Below the pieces are notes generated by a model, which did not search any database, had not been told where the DNA came from, and saw only the letters and a program-made list of their open reading frames with translations. The position numbers and the translations under genes were made by a program. DNA of 29,430 nucleotides. Source: a virus. Location of the stretch: IMG/VR virus record IMGVR_UViG_3300023712_000215. The stretch is one strand, 5' to 3'. This document shows, piece by piece, positions 10,301-18,557 of this stretch; position 1 is the first letter of the stretch, and each line of letters opens with the position of its first letter.

Positions 10301-10429
10301 GAAATTAATCAATTATTGAAAAAAATAGAAGATCAAAGCATCCTAAATAAGAAAAATGAAGAAATTATTAATCAAAAGAAACAAAAAATTAAAGAAATGG
10401 ATATTTATAATCTTTATAATTTAAAATAA
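7385..10429 (+). CDS. Fusion: degenerate GT2 + GT4 (TarM/TagE/GtfA-like, with beta-sheet insertion) + C-terminal coiled coil
   Basis: GT4 motifs IGGLAKAVFNRANML, IHSNPY, FSRISKEKN, SHIEGLPMVLIES (EX7E) and YDINYGP. Beta-rich insertion (EEFYTNDGFIY). The N-terminal GT2 has MFANNN in place of DxD. AGGTG RBS before TTG 7385. Confidence 0.88.
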   Translation: MYKISIVILIDSFNNVENIIEILKKQNLGFENIELIFIDNYSDDDTQNYLSKLSMEYPNIIKYRTRQKLAKNNLYNIGIKLANAKYVMFANNNFSYLNYSFETLYNVISNEDVNIVWGNYILNYENKFIQNNVNIPFKNGLLIVRDINKEPDLLKNSFLLETFIFNRNFLMKKLIEFDENISDNTIFIQKSLLNSEKTIFINKPILKIKENIINEKINNSTYIQYINSYLKFIDYLNEKFPQFIWLSSKIVKDMIDLLLTYKFNDVELYYILEQTHKLFIQIDTSAEHMNLTFKENTLFNLIVERKYDKLVKILNLVHMDSRILDEKIKSKDILILFYGFDYEIGGLAKAVFNRANMLTEYGYSIKLINIDPYSPNFMRNQIKNIKLIENNFRKLNYIHSEVEFLNVFEYYRDKNTLSNITFKDIDFSSDLMLTNEYVIKKISQEKGVINYNYYRKEVFTDKELKRIYFESKKEYSNDIKSIVLEKIFDKNIYKTEYYINKELYLISYYNNLNKIIKEEFYTNDGFIYFEIIKYGNKNKYEYILHNIETKSQIIFNNLKRFWDYFIEEICMECNEKPFLINDCSGPIPSINNVSADLAYKIGNIHSNPYLKPTYCYGSPLRNIAALKDIENMDTIITLTNSEKNDFIKEFKSDKFYTIPNLINLDEIFQLDKINFKINKKKISIFSRISKEKNLEDAIKAFNIVVKKHPDAILNIYGRYLKVNEQKEYKKLQALVNKLGLEQNVFFKGHITNSYEEMRTSLFTLLVSHIEGLPMVLIESMANKTPMITYDINYGPNDVISNNIDGIIVEKYNVDELADKMIYLLDNPNKAMEMGILAQQKIIKEFSSEKICKKWTHAFRNTYLMAKTKLIEQKLTIDMYESNIKKLSNINSSQYHRINDMDEIIDVNRNKINQIQVDLIEKKNYTIKQKKLIYNNEKKIEEDTVNLEKLKKELKKLEVKHDNLNDTIYNNQNEINQLLKKIEDQSILNKKNEEIINQKKQKIKEMDIYNLYNLK

Positions 10430-10468
10430 TTTGAAAAAAAAGAATACAGTAGAAATGAAAGTGATAAT

Positions 10469-13057
10469 ATGTACTTGATATCTGTTATACTACCTGTTTA
10501 TAATGTTGAAGATTATTTGGACAGATGTTTAAATTCATTACTAGGACAAACAATTGGATTTGAAAACTTAGAAATCTTATTTATTGATGATTGCTCCAAA
10601 GATAATAGTTATGAAATTATCAAAGAATATTCAAAACAATATGATAATATAAAAGTATATCAGACAGAAAATAATTCTGGAAGTGCAGGTAGACCTCGAA
10701 ATATTGGTTTAAAAAATGCTTCAGCAGATTATATAATGTTTTTAGATCCTGATGACGTATATTTTGAAGATGCTTGTGAAAAATTATATTTTAATTGTAT
10801 TAATGTAAACGCAGAAGTAACTTCTGGAAATTATATTAAACTTTCTGATGGCATAGAAACTAAATTAATTAATTTTTCTAATGTATTTAATACAAAAGTG
10901 GATTATGTAGAATTTGAATCTGTTGATGAATATCCACGGGTTCTAACTATGATTCCAGCATTATGGGCAAAAATTTATAAAAAATCTTTTTTGAAAAGAA
11001 ATAACATTACTTTTCCAGAAAATGTCCTTGCACAAGATTTATACTTTGTAGTTTTATGTTTAATCAAATCAAGAAAAACAGTTTTTGTTGATACACCTAT
11101 AGTAAAATATGAAATTAGAAATAGGGGAAAATCAAAATCTGTAACGGCAAATGTTTCTAAAAAAAATCTATTGTCCTATGCATATGTTTATAATAGGTTA
11201 CATGATTTATTGAAGGATTACAATGAAAAATATGCATATATGGCTGCAATTCATTTACATTTTTGTACAGGACAGTTTGTTAAAGCTAAAGATAAACAAT
11301 CTAAACTTGAATATTTATATACTGCTACAAATTTATATTCTATTTTTAAGAATAGATATAAGCCTCAAGAATTTTATGAAGATTTGTTTAAATTAATTAA
11401 TGAAAAAAAATTTATTGATGCGATTAAATTTTCAGAATTATTATTCTTCAAATTAACAGATACTGATGAAATCTTAAAGAACATTAAAGATAAAGAAATT
11501 ATAATGTTATATGATGATTCTGATGAAAAAAGAGTTTTAAATCAATTAATCAAAGAAGATTATCATATACTGTTGGAAAATAACTTTAAGATTAAAGCTA
11601 TAAATACAGGTTTATTTGGTGAAAACAATGAAATACTAACTCAGGATGATCAGAACAATACTGATGTTTTTGATAATACAACATTTTTTAAAGATAGCAG
11701 TATTTTTGAATATTTCCATGAAAATTATTCTTTAAATGGGAAAATCTCTACAAATATTTTAGAAAAAACCCAACATAACGATGCAATAATAATAACAGAG
11801 AATTATATTATAAATAATTCTTTAGATGAATCTAATGATAAAAAAACATTACTTTATTATAATAAAACAGATTTTAATGAAGCAGAATTAAAAATAATAA
11901 AATCAGATAAACTTTCTCAGGATAATTTAATTAAGGTTTTAGAGGTATTAAATGAAAAAACAATTATTAAATCAGAAGTTTATTTAAAAGAGTATTTGTT
12001 TATTAAAAAACTGCCTAATAACAATGAAACTTTATTTTATACACAGGATGGCTATGTGTATTTAACTGAAGAATTTAAATCAGACGACTATAAACTGATA
12101 TTTAATAATCGTTTCAATAATCAAGAAATAATTTTTGAATCTGAATACGATTTTAAAAAATATTTTTTAAATATACTTAATTTACGATTAAATGAAAAAT
12201 TATTATTATATAATCCAAATAATAGATTATATGATGAAATTACTGCAGAAATATATCGTATTTATTCAGAAAATAATTTGATTAAAACTATAAAAAAATC
12301 ATATCTAGATAAAGAGATTGATGATTTTATCAAAGTACATAATATTAAGAAATATGAATATAATCTTAAAGAATTAAACACATCAAAAGTTGAAGGAAAA
12401 CGTTCCATAAAGAATAATGAAGAATCACAATACAACATACAACAAATTATTGACTCTTTTGAAAATGAAATCAACACTTATGATCATCTACAAAAAGAGA
12501 ATGATGAAATTATTTATCAACAGAAAAATACCTTGAATCAAAATCATAAGGATATGGAGTTTTTAAAGAATCAAATAGATGAAATGTCATATACACAGGA
12601 AAATAATGAAAAAACTATATCGGATACACAACAACAAATAAAACAATATACTGATGATTTAAACCATTTATTAGATGATAATAAAGAAAACTTAAAGAAT
12701 ATTAAATCCATGGATGAGATTATTTCTAATTTAGAAATTTCAAACAGGTATTATGACTATAATTCAACAAATAAGAAGAAAATGCTTAATGTTTTACCTT
12801 ATTTATACATTATTTATAATCGAAAGGAAATTGCAAACAATATTAAATTATATAGAAAAATTCATGGAAGACAATTTTTAGACATTAGCTTTTATTTAAA
12901 ACATAACAAAGATATTTCTAAAGATAAATGGTGTAAATTGTTGAATTTAGAAACTCATTATGTATGTCATGGATTTGATGAAAACAGGCATCCTAATTCA
13001 AGATATAATTGTAATTTGTCAAAAAAAGAATTAATTGAAAAATTAGATAATGAATAA
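10469..13057 (+). CDS. Fusion: intact GT2 + truncated GT4-like remnant + coiled coil + C-terminal HYxxxGxxE module; paralog of the upstream gene
   Basis: ISVILPVYN..IDDCS..GRPRNIG..IMFLDPDD..LWAKIYKK. The middle region aligns by eye to the GT4 N-half of 7385..10429 (TLFYTQDGYVY vs EEFYTNDGFIY). The C-terminus contains LDISFYL..HYVCHGFDENRHP. Confidence 0.88.
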   Translation: MYLISVILPVYNVEDYLDRCLNSLLGQTIGFENLEILFIDDCSKDNSYEIIKEYSKQYDNIKVYQTENNSGSAGRPRNIGLKNASADYIMFLDPDDVYFEDACEKLYFNCINVNAEVTSGNYIKLSDGIETKLINFSNVFNTKVDYVEFESVDEYPRVLTMIPALWAKIYKKSFLKRNNITFPENVLAQDLYFVVLCLIKSRKTVFVDTPIVKYEIRNRGKSKSVTANVSKKNLLSYAYVYNRLHDLLKDYNEKYAYMAAIHLHFCTGQFVKAKDKQSKLEYLYTATNLYSIFKNRYKPQEFYEDLFKLINEKKFIDAIKFSELLFFKLTDTDEILKNIKDKEIIMLYDDSDEKRVLNQLIKEDYHILLENNFKIKAINTGLFGENNEILTQDDQNNTDVFDNTTFFKDSSIFEYFHENYSLNGKISTNILEKTQHNDAIIITENYIINNSLDESNDKKTLLYYNKTDFNEAELKIIKSDKLSQDNLIKVLEVLNEKTIIKSEVYLKEYLFIKKLPNNNETLFYTQDGYVYLTEEFKSDDYKLIFNNRFNNQEIIFESEYDFKKYFLNILNLRLNEKLLLYNPNNRLYDEITAEIYRIYSENNLIKTIKKSYLDKEIDDFIKVHNIKKYEYNLKELNTSKVEGKRSIKNNEESQYNIQQIIDSFENEINTYDHLQKENDEIIYQQKNTLNQNHKDMEFLKNQIDEMSYTQENNEKTISDTQQQIKQYTDDLNHLLDDNKENLKNIKSMDEIISNLEISNRYYDYNSTNKKKMLNVLPYLYIIYNRKEIANNIKLYRKIHGRQFLDISFYLKHNKDISKDKWCKLLNLETHYVCHGFDENRHPNSRYNCNLSKKELIEKLDNE

Positions 13058-13776
13058 GTATAATATTTAAATTTTTAATATAATATTAAGTTATTAATTA
13101 TTTAAAAGAACTAACCTTTTTCTATTTTTTTAAAATCATATTTTTTTTGTTGTATTTTTGGAAAAAAACCTATTTCCGTGAAAAAAAAGATAATGCAAAT
13201 TCAATGTATCTTTTAAAACTAAATTTTGTTAATTGAAAGTTGATTAAAAATTATGGTTTAAAAATAAATAAAAAATTAAATAATAATTAGAAAAAACTAA
13301 TCAAAATATTGATTATTCAATTTATTTTATAGGGATATTTTTAAAATGACCATCTGAAAAATAAACAATTAAACGCACATTCTTCAAAATAAAAAAAAGA
13401 ATAAAAAAAAGTAAGAGAAATCCTTTAATAAAAATTAGAATAGTAACTTTATATAGTATAAAATAATATAAATATACATAATATAAGATATTATGAGACT
13501 ATCTTAATGAATGATTATTATTTTACAAATTTCATAGATTACAGGATATTTAATTTAAGAGAAATATGATTAATTATTTTTTTATTAATTATCGTTGCTT
13601 ATTTAATAAATAAAAATGATATTTGCAATATTTAAAATAACAAATATTTTAATATTATTTATTTGTTAACTTTTAATTATATTAATCTATAATTATTCAT
13701 TTAAATCTTCAATAATCAGAAGTATTGAGCTAATTAAATAAGTTTAGATGATTATTATTTGAAATGGGTGATATGA

Positions 13777-16700
13777 TTGTTATATACATTTAAATTTTCT
13801 ATAATTGTTCCTTTTTATAATTCAGCAAAATATTTGAAAAAAACTATTAGATCCATTATTAAAGATCAAACTTTAGATTTTCAACAAAATATCCAGTTAA
13901 TTCTTGTAAATGATGGCAGTGATGATGATTCTAAATATATTGCAAGAGAATTTTTGAAAAAATATCCTATTAATATTGTATATGTTGAATCAGAACATAA
14001 TGGTCGTGCAGCTTCAAGAAATTTAGGACTTAAACATGCTACAGGAAAATACATATTATTTTTAGATAGTGATGATTATATATCTAAAAATACATTAAGA
14101 AATGTTTATAACTTCTTTGAAGAGCATTATGATGATTTAGATGTAGTTTCTCTACCCATGAAATATAAAGGTATTTATAATAAAAATCATGAATTAAATT
14201 ATAAATTTGAAAATGAAGAAATAATTGATTTAAATGAAAATCCGAATAATCCTCAATTATCAATATCTTCATCAATAATTAAAAGTGAAGTTATTAAAGA
14301 CTGTCACTTTGATACGGATAAGTTATCATTTGAAGATTCTTTGCTTTTAAACAAAATATTATTAAATAAAAAGAAAATTGGTGTTGGTAAAGGAATGTAT
14401 TATTATAGAATTACCTATAATAATCTTGAAAATAATGATAAACTTCAATCAGATATTACTTATTACACAGATAAGTTTAATTCATACAATGACTTGATTA
14501 ATTATTCAATTAGTAAATACGCTAAAGTTGATGATTATGTACAATTCTTAATATTATATGATTTAGTTGAATTAATCACCTTTCCAAACATCAATTCATT
14601 TGATGAAAAACAGTTAAATACAATTAAAGATTTAATCATAGATACATTACAGCATATTGATATAGAAAAAATATATCAAATAAATCCAGAAAATAATAAC
14701 CTAAAAGAATATTTGATTTATTTATATGATCAAGAAAAAGTAGTTAAATATGATAATGAAGATTTATGTTTATTTGTTAATGATTATAAAATTGAATCCA
14801 TATCAGATAAAAAAATAAGATTATATCAGCCAGTTGTTAAAGATGAAAAATTATATTTAAAAGGAGATATTATCACTAAATTTAATATTGAAAACTTTTC
14901 AGTTAATGTGATAATTGAAGATAAATCAAAAGAGTTTTCCTGTAAATTATATGCTCCCAAAGATCCATTATACAAAACATCTAAAATATTAAATACTATT
15001 TGGGAAGATGAATACTCCTTTAAAACAGAAATTTATATTGAAGATATTAAAAATGATGAATTTAAAATAAAACTATCTTATGAGGGTCATGATTTTTATC
15101 CAGAAATTCAATTGTATGAAGAGCCACTTAATTTACAAGATACTAATTTAATAATATTAAATAAGAAATATGCGTTATTTAAAGATATTAATTCTGTAAT
15201 GTTTCTACCATATAGTCCATTTATGCAAGAGAATATATTCAAACATGAAGATTTCATATATAATTTTAAATTTTCAATTGTTATGGCAGTATATAATACT
15301 CAACTGTATATTAAAGAAGCAATTGATTCATTAATTAATCAGACAATTGGATTTGAAAGAAATATTGAATTAATCATAGTTGATGATGGAAGTACTGATA
15401 ATTCAATAGATATAGCATTAGATTATCAAGAACAATATCCAAATAATATAAAGATTTTTAGAAAAAAACATAGTGGTCAGTCATCAGCACGTGATTTGGG
15501 AATTATATATGCTCAAGGAAAATATGTTAATTTTTTAGATAGTGATGATTATTTAGATGAAGATGCATTAGAAAAAATTGATGAATTCTTTAATAAAAAT
15601 TATGAAAAAACAGACCTTGTTTCAATACCAATGGTCTATTTTGAAAGAATTGAAAAAGAACATCCATTGAATTATAAATATCATTCTAATAAGATTATTA
15701 ACTTAAATAAATCACATACATATCCCCAATTTTCATTGTCTTCATCATTTGTTAAGACAACAGCGCTTAAAAAATATGAAATGGACCATAAGTTAATTAC
15801 ATCAGATGATGCTTTATTTATTAATCAAATATTATTGGATAAAAGAACTATGGGTATATTTAAAGATACTCAATATCATTATAGGAAAAGATTTACAGAA
15901 GATAATTTATTAGATGATATTACATCCGATAAAAGGTTTTACACACAACGTCTTAAACATTTCCATAAATATTTAATTGATTACTCTATAAAAAATTATA
16001 AAAATGTACCAAAATTTATTCAATTTATGTTAGCTAGTGATTTAAATGATTTGTTACGTATTCCTACATTAGATATTTTTGATAATAAAGATGAAGAAGA
16101 TGAATTTTGGAATTATTTAACTAATAAAGACCAGAAATATGATATTATTGGACATATTAATGAAAATATGATTCTGAAAAACAGAAATGTTAATCCTACC
16201 TTAAAATCATTTTTCATGTTTTTACGTAAAGGTAATTTCCATATACATATTAATAATAAGGGTGTTGTACATCTTAAAACAGGAAATTATGTGATTGATA
16301 GATTTAATATACATAAATTATGGTTTGATATAATTGAAATAAGATATGGTAAATTATATCTTTCAGGACATTATGTGTCTAACTTTAAAGATGATACAAT
16401 TTCCATTAATTTAATTAAAGAAAATAAAGATAGTGATAATGAAATATATCCTGCAGAATATTTCCAATATGGCCAACCGGATCGTAGTACTAAAACATTT
16501 TTATCAGTAGACTGGAAATATGATTATAATTTCAATGTTGAAGTTCCACTTGAAAATGTATATCAATGTAGTTTTCACTTTGAAATCACATATCATGAAG
16601 ATGAAAGAAACATAACATATACTCCGAAAATCGGTTTTAGAGTTCCTTCAGGATTAACAGAATTTAACAAATATTTTGTACAAGATTCACGAATTGTATT

Positions 16701-17931
16701 CTATCAAGATAATAAAATACATATAATACCATATTCTTATGTTAATCTATTAAAAAGAGAGTATAGAACATTACAATTAATAAATGAGGATAAACAAGAA
16801 GGATATAGAACTATAATGTTTTATAGGTTATTGTATTTAATACTTTATCCATTTATGAAAAATAAAAATATTTGGATAATAAATGATCGTTTAGATCAAG
16901 CAGATGAGAATGGAATTCATTTGTTTAAATATGCATATAAACAAGATGATGGTATTAAAAAATATTATATTTTAGATAAGAATTGTGATGATTATAAGAA
17001 ATTGAAAAAAGAATATGGTAGTAGTATCTTAGCACATAAATCATTTAAGCATAAGATTATTTATTTGTTTACTAAGAAAAGAATTGCATCATTTTTAAAT
17101 GAATCATTCTTTAATCCATTTTGGATTGATGATAATTATGATCATAGGAAAATATATTGTAATTTAATAACATCCCCATGGTATTTCTTACAGCATGGTG
17201 TAATATACAGAGATTTAACTAGTCATATTAAAAGATACAAATATAATTTGGCATTGATTGTTACATCTGCAGATTTTGAAAGACAATCATTTTTCGATTT
17301 GAAATACGGATTTCCAGAAAATGTTGTTCAAACATTAGGATTGCCAAGATATGATAATTTAATTTCTAATAATGAGATAAAAAAACAAATATTATTTACT
17401 CCTACATGGAGATTAAATCTGGAAAAAGATGATAGTTTATTCTATAATTCTGAATATTATGAGATGTTGATTAGTTTCTTAAATAATGAAAAGTTATTTA
17501 ATTTATTGAATGAATATGGTTATAAATTTATCTTTAAACCACATCCTCAACTAGTAAGACACTTAGAGGATATGCAGATAAATGAAAACATTATTATATC
17601 AACAGAGGAATCCTACCAAACATTAATTAGGGATTCTGCAATAATGATTAGTGATTTCTCATCAGTAATTTCTGACTTTGCATATCTTAAAAAGCCTATA
17701 ATTTACTATCAGAAAAATGATGATCATCATTTTGAAGCATTTTTTGATTATAAAACATTAGGATTTGGAGATGTTCTTGAAAAAGAAGAAGAAGTAGTGG
17801 ATAAAGTTAAATATTATTTAGAAAATAACTGTGAAATGGAACAAGAATATAAGGATAGAGTAACTAATTTCTTCAAATATAATGATACAAATAATTGTAA
17901 ACGTGTATATGAATGGATTTTGAAAAACTAG
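13777..17931 (+). CDS. GT2-GT2-TagF fusion: two GT2 units plus a CDP-glycerol glycerophosphotransferase (TagF/TagB-like) domain
   Basis: Two FSI..YN..DDGS..FLDSDD domains (from 13777 and about 15259). C-terminal TagF-family motifs FLQHG, GLPRYD, ILFTPTWR, FKPHP, ISDFSS. GGTGA RBS before TTG. Confidence 0.9.
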   Translation: MLYTFKFSIIVPFYNSAKYLKKTIRSIIKDQTLDFQQNIQLILVNDGSDDDSKYIAREFLKKYPINIVYVESEHNGRAASRNLGLKHATGKYILFLDSDDYISKNTLRNVYNFFEEHYDDLDVVSLPMKYKGIYNKNHELNYKFENEEIIDLNENPNNPQLSISSSIIKSEVIKDCHFDTDKLSFEDSLLLNKILLNKKKIGVGKGMYYYRITYNNLENNDKLQSDITYYTDKFNSYNDLINYSISKYAKVDDYVQFLILYDLVELITFPNINSFDEKQLNTIKDLIIDTLQHIDIEKIYQINPENNNLKEYLIYLYDQEKVVKYDNEDLCLFVNDYKIESISDKKIRLYQPVVKDEKLYLKGDIITKFNIENFSVNVIIEDKSKEFSCKLYAPKDPLYKTSKILNTIWEDEYSFKTEIYIEDIKNDEFKIKLSYEGHDFYPEIQLYEEPLNLQDTNLIILNKKYALFKDINSVMFLPYSPFMQENIFKHEDFIYNFKFSIVMAVYNTQLYIKEAIDSLINQTIGFERNIELIIVDDGSTDNSIDIALDYQEQYPNNIKIFRKKHSGQSSARDLGIIYAQGKYVNFLDSDDYLDEDALEKIDEFFNKNYEKTDLVSIPMVYFERIEKEHPLNYKYHSNKIINLNKSHTYPQFSLSSSFVKTTALKKYEMDHKLITSDDALFINQILLDKRTMGIFKDTQYHYRKRFTEDNLLDDITSDKRFYTQRLKHFHKYLIDYSIKNYKNVPKFIQFMLASDLNDLLRIPTLDIFDNKDEEDEFWNYLTNKDQKYDIIGHINENMILKNRNVNPTLKSFFMFLRKGNFHIHINNKGVVHLKTGNYVIDRFNIHKLWFDIIEIRYGKLYLSGHYVSNFKDDTISINLIKENKDSDNEIYPAEYFQYGQPDRSTKTFLSVDWKYDYNFNVEVPLENVYQCSFHFEITYHEDERNITYTPKIGFRVPSGLTEFNKYFVQDSRIVFYQDNKIHIIPYSYVNLLKREYRTLQLINEDKQEGYRTIMFYRLLYLILYPFMKNKNIWIINDRLDQADENGIHLFKYAYKQDDGIKKYYILDKNCDDYKKLKKEYGSSILAHKSFKHKIIYLFTKKRIASFLNESFFNPFWIDDNYDHRKIYCNLITSPWYFLQHGVIYRDLTSHIKRYKYNLALIVTSADFERQSFFDLKYGFPENVVQTLGLPRYDNLISNNEIKKQILFTPTWRLNLEKDDSLFYNSEYYEMLISFLNNEKLFNLLNEYGYKFIFKPHPQLVRHLEDMQINENIIISTEESYQTLIRDSAIMISDFSSVISDFAYLKKPIIYYQKNDDHHFEAFFDYKTLGFGDVLEKEEEVVDKVKYYLENNCEMEQEYKDRVTNFFKYNDTNNCKRVYEWILKN

Positions 17932-17940
17932 ATGACAAAA

Positions 17941-17984
17941 AAGAGTACATGAAAAGAATTTTATTCTTTTTGTAATGTATTCTT
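17941..17984 (+). terminator. Imperfect stem-loop followed by T-tracts just after the GT2-GT2-TagF stop codon
   Basis: AAGAGTACAT/ATGTATTCTT outer stem, AAAAGAAT/ATTCTTTT inner stem, and a T-run at about 17994-18002. Confidence 0.5.
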
Positions 17985-18557
17985 AACATATTATTTTTTT
18001 TTAGATTTTATTAGCATTTTTTATAACACTTTTTTAAAATTTAATAGATTAATTTAATAATTATTTTTTCTTTAATTGTTAGCCCTTTTTAGATTTGAAT
18101 ATACTTAAATAGTTAAAAAGATTTAATTGATTTATTGTTTTTCATAATTAAATTATTATTAATAGTATTAATATAAAATCAATAATTTTAGATGACATTA
18201 GTGTATGAATTTTGTGTTGTATGATAATAATATATTATAGCAATATAATGAAATATTTAGATGATTATTGTTAGATAATACTGAAATTATCCTAATAATA
18301 ATCTTCATTTGCTTAGAAAAAAATAATAATATCTTAATTTTACCAACAATTTCTATTTTAGTTTTAAATTAAAAAAAATAGAGGATAGAAATCTTAAAAG
18401 ATTTTCTCAAATAATGAAAATACAGATTATGATAATTCAAAAAATAATATAAATTTCAATAAAAAGATAAAAACATTTTTTAAAGATTATCTCGGATATT
18501 TTTAAATATTTAAAACATTATATTAATTATTATATTTAATAATTTAAGGAGATAGAA

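Noticed and set aside
13231-13239. AATTGAAAG, resembling the 3' end of archaeal CRISPR repeats (also GTTTAAAAT near 28627)
   Set aside because: Isolated short matches with no regularly spaced repeat-spacer array and no cas genes.
13507-13569. 20-codon ORF (MNDYYFTNFIDYRIFNLREI) in the long intergenic gap
   Set aside because: No RBS and no recognisable motif; expected by chance.
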